Part shown: positions 37,766 through 49,868 of the stretch, piece by piece
How the letters are laid out: each line of letters starts with the position of its first letter
Position numbering within the stretch: the first letter of the stretch is position 1
Assembly: GCF_009834535.1 (NCBI RefSeq)
Contig: NC_045698.1
Location: 11,286,001-11,350,000, forward strand
DNA length: 64,000 nucleotides
Direction of reading: 5' to 3'
Source: Camelus ferus
Lineage: Eukaryota
Notes under the pieces: generated by a model
Seen by the model: only the letters and a program-made list of their open reading frames with translations
Database searches by the model: none
Told to the model about the DNA's origin: nothing
Made by a program: the position numbers and the translations under genes

Positions 37766-38896
37766 GTAAGTGGTGTTCACACATTACACTTGTTTACTTA
37801 ATCGTCCCATGCTCTTAAAGAAAATTAAAGCTTCTCTTAAGAACAGTTTTTTATAAAATTAAGCACAGTTTTGATGTTTTCATTTTTCCACTATTTCATT
37901 ATCAAAGGGATGATGAAAATTGGGTCATTTGCTCTCATTATGACTGTTTTCTTTTCATTAATCGGGGCAAAAGCTCTGCTTGAAGTGGAATCAAAATGCG
38001 AATACGAGCTCACCCGGGCCTCTGAGGGTTTCAAGAGGCCATGCATTTGATAAAAATGGCATGTTGAAAAGTCCGCCTTTCAAGCTAGAATACAGATAAA
38101 ATAGAGATGGACTGAAGCGAATGGAGCTCTTCGCTGCAGACACGCTCAATAATACATATGTTGTTAATCCCTGGTCGTTTCCAAGTAATTGCAGGCTTCT
38201 TCATGGAACCAATTTTCTGATTTGGGAGACTGAGATAATTCAAATTGCATGTCTTTAAGTAGGATAATAAGTGGAGTCTGCCAGTGCTTGTTTGCATAGC
38301 TGCTCATGCTGAAGGAAGGAATTGGACGATGTGTGACTTAAAACGATAGTTTTGTCATTTAGTCCTTTCTTTGGCAAGTGGGGTCACAGCAGTCTAAGTA
38401 TGAACAAGTGTGTCTGGGGATTGCTGAGTTACATGTTGAGTGGAATTTATAATTTTTACTGTGTAGTTGGCTGTGTCAAGTAATGCATTTAAAAAAAAAG
38501 CAAATGTGGTTGATATGTGAACAATTTATAATCCGTGCATAGTTTCCTTTGAGTTTTTTACTTACACTTGTGGTCCAGTGGGACTTTTTCTCTACAGTGT
38601 CATTGTCACTGATCTGCATTTAGTTTGCAATATTCCATCCAGTATATTTGCCTCTCTGGTGATGTTGCGTGTAAAATGAGGTACAGATTTTTGATGATTC
38701 CTTGCCAGTCTGGTCCACAAAGTATTTTGCCTGAATTATTGTCTCATAGAAAGCATTTTTATATGAATTCCCAAATATTTTAATGTTTGTATGGCATGTA
38801 TGGATCTAGATTTAGGAGGAGTGTGACCGGATGCAGATGATGTCTGTGAACTTTTCTCAAGGTCAAGTTGAAGATAGAGAGAAATTATTTCTGAAC

Positions 38897-39167
38897 TTTT
38901 TTTGGGGAGTATAGTTGATGTACAATTTTGTGTTCATTACAGGTATATAGCAAAGTGATTCGGTTATACATATATGTATATATCTATATTCTTTTAAAAT
39001 TCTTTTCCATTATACTTCATTATAATATATTTAATATAATTCCTGTGCAATACAGTAAATCCTTGTTGTTTACCTATTTTATATATGGTAGGGTGCCTCT
39101 ATTAATCCCATACTCCCTGTTTATCCCTCCCCACTCCCCCTTTAGTAACCATAACTTTGTTTTCTAC
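38897..39167 (-). mobile_element. L1 3'-end fragment
   Basis: gagtatagttgatgtacaat...gcaaagtgattcggttatacat...cctttagtaaccataactttgttttcta. Confidence 0.85.
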
Positions 39168-40869
39168 AAGAAATACTGTTTCTTTTCATCATATCTTTTT
39201 GGTTCGTCCAGCGTCCACTAAGACTGAAGCCTTGATTTCCAGATTATTAGAGAAGGGTTGCATATTCTCTTGAGAGATCTACTATTGTTTGTGTCTCTGG
39301 GTCAATAGTCATCAAAGAGAAGTATGAGAATCTAAGCTGAATAACACTCCAATAGTCCAAAGACTAGCGATGACATCCCATGTAAATATTCAGACCTTCA
39401 CTGGAAAACGGTAGTTTCAGGCAGAGTAGCACATATATTATCATTCAGTCTCAGAATTTACCGGCTGTTCCTCATCAAGTCGTTGGGTTTTCTCACTTGT
39501 AATGGTTTCCTTTTGGCTACAGCTTATGTTTACTGCCGTGCTTCAGTTCTCGCATTTGTGTACTAACCAATTAATTAATGTAAAAATAGTTCTCAAATAT
39601 TTACTGCCTGGCTGCACACACTCAGGTTAAACAACTTAAGAGAAACTCTCAGTTTAATTGAGGAGCTAGATCCAGGGGGAGAAAATTCCATTGTTGGAAT
39701 ATGATAATTGGTACAGTATAGCACAAGGGCGCGATGTGAAAAAGAATGCGTGAGAAAGAAAGTAACAAGAAATCCACGGGTTGTAAGATACTCCTCGTGA
39801 AACTGGGCGATTATAATGAAGATGTTCTTCAAACTATTTATTCCTTTACTGTGTATTTACTGAGCATTTCTATGTGTCGGACATTGTGCTGACAAGGACA
39901 GGAATGTGGATGGACCTTAAGACTCCCAGGTTGGGAGGAAGATAGTTAAGTGGATGGAACATCACAGCCTTGGGAAGGAGCTGCCCCAGAGAATGGAGGG
40001 CAGTACCCTGGAGCATAGAGGCAGGCGCGCTTGAGGAGTAAAGAAAGTGAGGTCCATGGAGACGAGCACAAATAAAAATGGGGTCATTGAAAGAGATGAG
40101 GGATCCTCACAGAAACTAACGCAGAGGGTGTCTGGCCTCCAGAGAACGGGACTTGGTATAGTGTGCTGAGGCCAGAAGCTAGGTGGAAATAAATAGGTGC
40201 TGATTCTGAAGGATGTGACCTATTTGATTCAAAAGTGGAAGTGCTGGAATTTTATTTTAATAGTATAATTTTTTTATAAGATAATGTCCAATTCAGTCTC
40301 CTAAGTGACAGTGAGCTCACTGTAACTCAAAAAGTATATAACTTTAATGGCCTGGAGACATATGATAACAAATGCAATTATATTTTCCCCCAGAACACAA
40401 GGATATGACCACCTTATATTGTGCACGGCAGATAAACAAGGTCACACTCAGGCAGTGGCAGGTCCTGGTTTATTCCATCAGCCCTGAGGGGTAAGCTGGC
40501 ATTGCAGTGACACTTGACTCCACTGTGTCCTCCGTCCTTCAGTGGCCTGGATTCCTGCTCCTTTTGCTGCTCCTGCTGGTTCTGGGCGGAGTGTGGCAAA
40601 ATATGCTGAGAGTACAGTGAGATGAGTTAACAGAGAGGAGGAAGAGGACAAAGACAGCAGCTCTTTCTGGAGGGGGAAGAGGTCACTCTTCAGGGCATCC
40701 AGTTGAAATTTTGCTTGTGCTGCCCAGGAACTTGGTGACTTAGGGAAATCCTTCAGTCTCTCAGGACCTCAGTTCCTTATTTATAAAATGAGAGACTGTC
40801 ATGATGGCCTCTCTAACTTTGATATTCAAAGACTCCAAGTTCTGTAATTCAATGGCAGGACTCTTTTTA

Positions 40870-40990
40870 TTGCTCGCTTGCTTTCTTGCTTGCTTGCTTG
40901 CTTGCTTGCTTTCTCTCCTTTTCTTTCTTTCTTCCTTTCTTCTTTTCTTCCTTTCTTCTTTCCTTTCTTTCCTTTTTTTTCCGTTCTTTC
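40870..40990. repeat. (TTGC)n/(TTTC)n low-complexity tract
   Basis: Directly visible compound pyrimidine-rich microsatellite. Confidence 0.9.
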
Positions 40991-41129
40991 TATGTGAGTT
41001 ACAGAAACTATAAAACTATAACATATGTATTTTGACCTTTGAATCTAAGGCAATTCTTTTAGGTAAAAAAGTTTTCTTTGAGATGATTCAGGTAGAACCT
41101 TCACCTTTGACAGGAATTTAAAAAAAAAA

Positions 41130-41269
41130 TTTTGTTTGTTTTGTTTTGAGGGGGAAGGTAATTAGGGTTGTTTATTTATTTTTATTTAATGGAGGTACTG
41201 GGGATTAAACCCATGGCCTCATGCATGATAAGCATGTGCTCTACCACTGAGCTATACCCACCCTCCCCC
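41130..41269 (-). mobile_element. tRNA-derived camelid-type SINE (Vic-1-like)
   Basis: Reverse complement shows a G-rich head, A box tagctcagtgg (41244-41254), B-box-like gggtttaatccc (41201-41212), then cagtacctccattaaataa and an A-rich tail. Confidence 0.85.
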
Positions 41270-42479
41270 GACATGGGGATTCTGAAAGACAATTACAGAA
41301 AACAGCTGTAATGCAGAACTCCATGTGGTAATTTCAAATCCAAGAATTAGATTCAAATCTTCTGACAGTTTTCCATCTCCCATCAGTCGTGTCCAAGATA
41401 CAGCATTTCTTCTGTTTCATCCCTTAGTTGGAGTTAAATTCTTCTGGAGACTAGGCTGCATATTTTTATTTATTTTTTAAATCCAGAATGCTCTTTGTCA
41501 TCTGACAGAGTAACATATTAAACTGCTTAAAATGCTTTGTGAATGAAATCACATGTCTGAAACGCTGTGTCCATTACGAGAGCTCTCCAAGGGCAGGCTT
41601 GTGTTTGTTCAGTCCCCTTTGTCCTTTTTGTCTTACCTAGTTTCTCATCCCCAGGCTTTTTCTCTCTCTTCAATCCCAGTAGTGATCTTAGGCATAAAGC
41701 AGATTTCTATGCAAAGGCAGTTTGTTCAAATTGGTAGGGTGGATTACATAAAAAAAAAAAAAATTATTTGGGCATTTTTTATCTGGTTTAAATGGATTAA
41801 AAAGAATCATGATGATCAGAGCTTCAGGGCTGCCCCCTCATCTGATTTTACATTCTCACAAGCTTCTGTGGTTGAAGGAAAATTGCATTGAATTTTCATA
41901 AACACATTATTATCTAACTCCCTCCCATCTTAACGTGTTTTGACATCAAATCCTTAAATATGTATTGACGATCTCCACGTGAGAGGCTAAGTAGTGTAAC
42001 ATGCACATTTAAGCTCATGTACACAAGAACATGAACCCACGAGGGCAGGAATTCCTTTTTGTTATTGTTACATTCCTTTTGTCTTCAACAGTGTTTGGCA
42101 AATTAAGTTGCTAACGAGATTAAATTAATGAATGTGAGAATAACCCACGTTCACAAGAGGATGAGAACGGTTCCTGTTTTGTACAGCTTGTGTCTGCAGC
42201 CCCTAGGACAGTGTCTGCCTCTCATTTGTTGAGTGAGTGAATGGACTTAAGGATTGGGTCCTGGTTGTTAAAGAGTTTACAGTCTGGTTTGGGAGACAGA
42301 TTGGCAAAATAGTCAAGAGCAGTAATGTTTTGGGACCACAATGGAAAATTATCACAAAACAGTCATATTTTAATTGTCCAAATAATAACATAAATGATTG
42401 TTCTAGATATTCAAGGCTGGAAAATAATGTATGACATACACTACCCCTAAGACTTTGACTTTGCTGGATTATTTTTATT

Positions 42480-43380
42480 TATGTATGTACTGAATAAATC
42501 TTTACATGCCTCTATGGTCCAGGCAGTATATCAGGTGCTGGGGAGTCAACAGTGAATAAATAGATGTAGGTCTTGTGCAAATTGAACTCACAGTCAAATG
42601 GGGAAAACAGTCTAAAAAAGTAATAAATAAAATGAAAAATTTTGAAGGGAAAAATGAGAGGAGCTACCTCTGAAAGGCTAAATGAGAAGAGTGGAATCTT
42701 TGAGCTGAATTTAAGGAATCTACTTTTCAAAGAACATTCCAGGTAGATGAGGCTTTGTGTATAAAGGCCCTTAGTCTCTGAGGCTGTGAGGAATTCAGTC
42801 CCCAAGACAGCTGTTCTGGATGGGGATGAAGTGGCAGGTACCAAAGGATTTTGAACAGGAGGGCTTGGTTAATCAGTATACCATGATGGACATGATATAA
42901 CGACTTTTTAAAGACATTCACCCTTGCTTACAAGTGGAGAATGGATTGTGGAGCCCAAGAATGGAAGTAGGCATTTTAATAGTTCATCAGAGGACTTGAT
43001 TAAGGTAGCAGCAGTGAAGAACATGTGATCTGGAAGGATTTGAGGTCAAACTAAAGAATTTGCTGTTGGAAAAAAAAAGTGGAGGATGGCTAAGGGAAAA
43101 GGGGTCAAGGAGGAGTTCTAGCTTCCCGACTGAATTAAAGGGGGAAAGTGGGGTTCTTTATTGAGGTGGAAAATACCAGTGGAAAGAAACAAATCTGGGG
43201 TGGGGAAGCATGGATTCAATGGTGGACAAGTTAAGCTTGAGATATCTGCCAGGTAAACTCAGAGATGTGAAGTCAGAGCAGGGAACTAGACGTGTGAATG
43301 TGGATCTCAGAGGAAAGGTCTGAACTGATGATGTAGACAGGGGAGACCCCAACATGTTGAGGCCCCAGTGATGGAGAACC
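42480..43380 (-). mobile_element. L2 LINE fragment
   Basis: ggtgctggggagtcaacagtgaataa, tttgagctgaattt, attccaggtaga, ggattttgaacagg, gcttgagatatctg are antisense L2 motifs. Confidence 0.75.
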
Positions 43381-46199
43381 AGCCGGACATATGAATATTC
43401 CATGAATACTCATCATTGTACAGCGTTTGATACGTTGTAAGTTCTCAATTGATCGTTATCAATTAAATGAAATTTGTTCTGTAAATATATCCAAAGGTTT
43501 TGAGAGGCATCCAAACGAACACTCACTGTAACTGGCTACACCCTCAATCCTAAGATCAGTGTATGAAAATTATACAAATATTTTCAATATTCTTTATTAC
43601 GTGCAAACTTCCAGAGTGAATTCCACCCTAAGGCAGACATTTAGGATTGGGACAGGGATTTCATCTGTTAATATTCTACTACGTTAAACAAAGCAGTTAT
43701 CATGGTAAGTTTTCACGTTTCGGTGCACGTATCTCTCATTTTCAGTAAAGAATTGTTTGAAAAATTTAAAGAATAAAGATCTAATGTTTTTAAACTGAGC
43801 GCACTTAGGATGAACATATTACATGCTTGTTAGTGACACCTCCGCTGGGCAGGGATGTTGTCATTTGGCTCCGTTGCTGTACCATGGCATCCAAGGCCAA
43901 AGAAGGATGACCAGATTTTTGCACTTGCCAGGTTGAAGCCAGGAGCTTCATAAGGAATAGGAAGACTCTTTGTGATTCCCCAAACACTGTGGAATCAGAG
44001 GAGGCACAGCACCCTGGAGGGCTGCAGTGTGACAGTGGAGTTCCACAGAATGTTGTCACAAAGAAAGATTGAGCAACCATGAGAACGAATGGTTGACCTA
44101 TGATTTTCTAGCGCCTTCGACATTAAAAACTATTGGTTGGATCTGTCAGAAATTATTTCCTCTTCAATATCCTTTTTCCCAGGATAATAATGTAGTGGGA
44201 GTCAGAAGGTAAACAGAAGTTAATTACAGAAATGGGTTTTATTGCTTATTTGCTAGTTATGTCTATAAACCATATAAAGTGGGTTTATGGGCAGGGTATA
44301 GACTGTGTCAGCCTGTCCACCATCCAGGGCTGCAGTCATCCAGCCTTTCTTAGCACAGATGTTTTTCTTGACCACCCCACCTTTGGGTATTGACTTCTCC
44401 TACTATTTCTGCCTCACTGAGTTGCCCTCCTCAAAGGGCTGTAGCACTTTTCCCGCCACTACAGAGTTTCCAAAGGAGAAACACGTGGTCCGTCTTGCTC
44501 TTGATGTACTGTATTAAAATATTTACTTTTCATTCATCTTCAACAGATAATTTTTGAGCACCTACTTTGACAGTTCTACAGAGGACCAAAGTGTAAAGTA
44601 CAGACCACAGTCTGAGCCAGACTGAGTCGGGCCGGTTAGTATGCCCCAAGTCACATCAAGGCTTCTTGAAGCACCTTCATGCCCTCCAGTCCTCATGGGA
44701 GATCTTGCTTTAGTCGTGGTGGGAATGGATAAGTAGCCAGGAGTAATGACAGGGATTTCTTCTTTGTATGTCTCCAACCATCTACGTATCCACTGTGTGT
44801 GCTGCTTCTTCCATTTCCTCCCCCTTTACCTCTATTTCCTGTCCCACCTCTTTATCAGCATACTCTTTCCTTTTTATAGCTTTAATCTTGTTCTCTTCCT
44901 AAACTGGCAGACAGTTTTTGTTGGTATTTCTATGCCAACCTTTGACTATGCATTTCCCACAAGACTAAAGTGCTTTTCTGCTTCCAGTTTCTCTCTCCAG
45001 TCTACATCTCTTCACGCCTGGGACTGGGGTGGTGTCTGACTGGGGATGGTATCTGACTTGCCCTGGTCTCTAATCAAAAGAGCATAAATCTGACATCTGA
45101 AGACAAACCACAGTGCTATCCATTCTTTCCCAGCATCGTCTGCTTACTGTGGTATTTATACAATTAGCCCCATCTCTAGAGATGGAGGAGTCCAGACTAT
45201 CACCTGGTACCCATTTCTCAGCTAATGGGACAGAGGCAGAAGCCTGTAGAACAAAAAGGTCTATTTCCAAATGAAAACTAGATATGCTGAATCCCAGTGG
45301 AGTCCTGAGTCCACTCTCTGCCCTGTGTCTTAGCAGGTATGGAAGGGTGCCTTTACGTAATTTTCTCTACTAATCAACTCCACCATTCCTTTACCTGGAA
45401 AATTAGTAATCCAAGTAAACTTCCATTACTGCAGCTAGAACTTACAACTTCTGGCATGCAAGGAGCCGGAGTGCCACGTTTAGTTACTGATGCCAACTAT
45501 CATATTGCCTGACATCTCAGTGCTGGAGTTCTCTTTGCCAGTTTATTTTTGCTGTAGGGGATGAAAAATCAGTTATCAGATCCCCTGACCACTTGTGTAA
45601 ATCTCCGGGACAATATCTTCAGAAGAAAACAGTTTATTTTTTCCTCTCTCACTTCAAGAAACCTGAGCCAATAATCAAATGTGCTTTTATTCTCAGTTCT
45701 ATTCACGTGAATCCTCCAAGTTATGTCTTTTTCTTTGGGGTTTTATTTGTTTTCAAACCAGAAGAGCACTTTAAGTAAAGTTTATGGAATTTAAAAATGC
45801 CCAAGGCTTAGTAACACACTATTGGAATATTTGAATATCACTAAATTTGCAGCAATAAAGTTATGTGTTGTGGGTTTTTTGGCAAGGGATAAATGTTGGA
45901 GTTGTCCCAGGAAACGTTTTCTCACATAGTTGGTCATTGACTCAAATGGCACGTGTTCTGCAATCATACTTGCATGACATTGGTGGGTCTCTAGACACAG
46001 TTAGTTCCTTCTCACTGAATGATCAAGAATGTTTTTTAAATGCAGCACCTGCTCTCTGAAAGATGCTGGGGCCAAGACTGGAGAAGTCCCTGGGTCTTGA
46101 CCACAAGGAACTTACAATCTAGTTGGGAAGTTAAGACATTACACTGTGGTCCCAAAGACATCATTAAAAATGTAAACACTGTCGTCTCTACCTTCAAAA

Positions 46200-46950
46200 C
46201 ATAAAGAGTCTGATTCCTGCTTATCACATCCATCGCTGCCACCTATCCTGTCCATTAAGCCACTGTCATCTCTCATCCCGAGGATTATTGCTGTAATCTC
46301 CCAAATGATATCTCTGCACTTCCACTGTTGCCCTCGTTAGCCTGTTCTCTACATAGTAATCAAGGTGATCCAGTTGAAGAATGAGTTGGATCATGCCAGT
46401 CCTCTGTTGAAAGCCCTTAGAAGCTCCTGGACCCACTTGGAGTAGAGCCAGTGTCCTTGCAATATCGATAAGATTCTACACACAATCCAGCCACACACTC
46501 CCTCTTTGACTCTCTGCTTTCAGCGTTTACCAGTTTTCCTCTGGCACACTCTGCTCCATCCACGCTCACCACTTTGCTCTTCTGGGAGTACACCGGGAAG
46601 GCCACTACCTCAGGGCCTTTGCACCTGCTGATCCTGCTGCCTGGAATCCTCTTTTGCCCAGATGACTACTCACCCCTCACATGTTCAGGTCTTCACTCAC
46701 AGTGAGATCTTTTTAGGCCACATTATCTTAAATTGGGCTCTCATATGCACACACACACATGCGTGCTTTGATTTTTCTATATATATATCACCATGTGAAG
46801 CCGTAGTATTTCATGTATTGTCTTTCTTTTTCCTCAGTAGGAAGGAAGCTCTATGAAGGCAGTTTTTTTTACAGTTTTGTCTCCCATATCTTTAACACCT
46901 AGAATGGTGCCTGACACACAGTAAGTAGCTAATAAATATTTACTGAATGA
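46200..46950 (+). mobile_element. L2 LINE 3' part
   Basis: ctcagggcctttgcacctgctg...cctagaatggtgcctgacacacagtaagtagctaataaatatttactgaatga L2 3' terminus. Confidence 0.8.
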
Positions 46951-46976
46951 TTATTTTTATTTCACACATGAAGGGC

Positions 46977-47225
46977 TGTATTAGTTTCTTAGAGCTGCTG
47001 TAACGAAAGTGTCATGAATTGGATGGCTTAAAGCACAGCTGTATTGTCCACGGCTCTGGAGGATGGAAGTCTAAAATCAAGGTGTCTGCAGAGCCATGCT
47101 CCCTCTAAAACCTGTCCGGGAGAATCCTTACTTGCCTCTTCCAGCTTCAGGGAGCCTCAGGTGCTAACTTCAGCTGCAGCCCCTGAATCTTCTGCCTCCA
47201 ATGTCACATGGCATTCTTTCCTCAT
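46977..47225 (-). mobile_element. MLT1 solo LTR fragment
   Basis: tgtattagtttcttagagctgctgtaac...ctctggaggatggaagtctaaaatcaaggtgtctgcag. Confidence 0.75.
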
Positions 47226-48018
47226 TTGGAGTGGGGTGGAAGGAAAAACTCTTCCCTTAGTATGTGACCTCCCTTTTGCCTTTAAAATTTGACCAGACTA
47301 ATATCCCATCAGCACAGCTCTGGTCCAGCATCTACTCTGACCAAAAAAACCTTCATCATCTATAAGTTGTCTAAATTCTCTAGTCTCAGATTTGAGGCTT
47401 TCCACATTTTATTAGCCATCCACCATCACATGACCTGTGACCAATCTAACGTGTAGGATTTGCTCCTCTCCATCAGTATCCTTTGCTGCATCCCTACACG
47501 TCTCTTGCACTTTTTCCTAGAACCCTTCTCCAGAGCAACCATTACTTAAAGCCTTTCCTGCTGTCTTTCATCCTAAGTCCAACTTCTCCATCTTCAAAGT
47601 GTGCGTGCAAGTTTACCCCTACCTTTTTGAAGACATTTATTGTTTCACACCCTGCTTGAAAGTATATGTGAATGAAGGTTTTGTCTCCTCTAAATTAGGA
47701 TGATAAACATACCAGCAGTATTATTTTTTAGTTGATAAAACTTGTCAGAAGATTGTAGATTTAAATTTTAAGAAAATTTTTTTGTTCTGAATCAAAGAAT
47801 CTGATGTTTCAAATGTAAGAACATGTTTTTCTTCAGTCGTTTTCTGAGACAGCAATGCACAATGATGAAATGAGGTTAAGAAGGGTGAGAAACAAGAATT
47901 AGGAAATGTGAAGAAAGTTCGGTGGATATTAAAAAAATCTATCATGACATGTAGCCATCTTTGTTTTTTGTGTTTCAAGCACCTACACTCTCTTTGGAAA
48001 ATAAATTATTTTACATAT

Positions 48019-48534
48019 TGTGGTTGGCAAAATGATGTCCTTCCAAAGATGGCCCTTATCCTAATTCCTGGAACCCATGAATATGTTAAGTTATATGGCA
48101 AAAGGGACCCTGCAGCTATGATTAAATTAAAGATCTTGAGATGGGAGATTATTCTGGGTTATCTGGCTGGATCCAAGATAACAACAAGGGTTCTTATTAA
48201 AAAAAAAAAAAAAAGAAGCAAGAGGATCAGACTCTGAGAAGGAGATGTAACAACAAAAACAGAGAAGAAAAAAGGGATCATGACGACAGAAGCAGAGAAA
48301 GAGACTGAAGCATTGGCTTTGAAGATAGAGGATGAGGCCATAAGCCAAAGAATGTAGGTGGCCTCTAGGCACTAGGAAATGAATTCTCCCCCAGAGCTTC
48401 CAGACGAATGCAGACCTGCTGACACCTAGGTTTTAGGACTTTTGACCCCCAGAACTGTAAGAGAATAAATTTGTGTTGTTTTGAGTCATTTAATTTACGG
48501 TAGTTTATTACAGTGGCAACAGAAAACTAACACA
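48019..48534 (+). mobile_element. MLT1D/C-like complete solo LTR
   Basis: TG...CA termini; cagaactgtaagagaataaatttgtgttgtttt; near-TSD catat / gatat (5 bp, one mismatch). Confidence 0.85.
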
Positions 48535-48569
48535 GATATTTTAAGGCTCCCACAATTAAAAGCAGAGAC

Positions 48570-48790
48570 CAGGGATTGGCAATCTTTTCTATAAAGGACC
48601 AGATATTAAGTATTTTATGCTTTGTGGGCCATATGGTTTCTGTCACAATTGCTCAGCTCTGCCATGTAGCATGAAGGGAGCCAGAGACAATATGTAAATA
48701 AATGGATGTGGCTATGTTCCAATAAAACTTTATTTACAAAAATAGGCAATAGACTGGATTTGGCCCATGGGCTGTAGCTTGCTGATATGT
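48570..48790 (+). mobile_element. MER58A hAT-Charlie element
   Basis: cagggattggcaatcttttctataaaggaccagata...gttccaataaaactttatttacaaaaatagg...ggatttggccc. Confidence 0.85.
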
Positions 48791-49868
48791 GATGTAAACC
48801 AATGCCTCATCATTGTTTATTGTTTTAATTTATACTTCATCCTATTCTGGAATCTGATTCCTATTTTTATGTGCCACATGACCCACTGAACTAGATTCAG
48901 AACATTCAGCAATAGATCTGGAGCTGTCTCTCCAATTAGAAGCATTAAGATTTTATGTGTGAAGATGAAGGCCATTCTTAGCACCCTGTGGTTATCTTTA
49001 ATTCCTCAGGACTTGCACATTGCAAGAATTGTATCCTAGAGGTGTAAATAAGAGTGCGAAATGACTCTGGCATGATTTGTTCAAGTGAGAAAACCATCCT
49101 GTATTGTCACAAAGCCTCCAGCATTTCTAATGCTAAGAATATGCACATCTCATGAAAATGTATTTTGTCAAGCACTGTCTACAGAGGATTAAACTAAACT
49201 GTAAAACCATGTTTTTGTGTACAGACTTTAGGATTGCTAATGCTCTTTTGTTTATAATTTCTCTCTGGGACATCTCTCTTGAGGCAAATGTTCCCTCAAC
49301 AGAGGAGGTACTGGACAGACAGTGTGATTTTTAGCCAAAGAAATTGCTGCATGCAGGGATTCTTAATAGACTTGTGTTGTACTTCTCTTTCCTTTGTGAA
49401 CCTGACCCCAAACATCTGTATAAATGTGGCAAGTTAAAACAGCCTGCTTAGACCTGGCTTGCCAAGTACAATTCTGTTTTCATCATGTTTATATCAGGAT
49501 TACATGACATTGGCCCCCCTCCCGTGCCTGCTGGCTCCCTTCTTCTCTCTTCCTTGTTCATCTGCTGACCTCCAACCTTAACAGCTCATATCCAATCCTG
49601 CTCCGTCCCTGTTCAGGCCTTGCATCATCACTCCTTCCTCTGCAACTCCTCCTAACATCCTTCTGGTCTATATGTGGATTCGTTTATTCACGTCAGGTGA
49701 AGCTTTACTGTTACCATGATTTTTGCATACATCCTATAAAATTATAGAGGCTCTTATTCAGAATCAGCTTATCATTTTTATAGTTTATCAGTATAATATT
49801 TAATAAATATCTTTGGGCTTATTGATGGCTAGATTTGTTTTTTTACTTAATTTGACTCTTCTTTGGAT

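Noticed and set aside
41195..41265. tRNA gene
   Set aside because: The A/B boxes belong to the SINE head; the B box is degenerate and there is no cloverleaf 3' acceptor arm.
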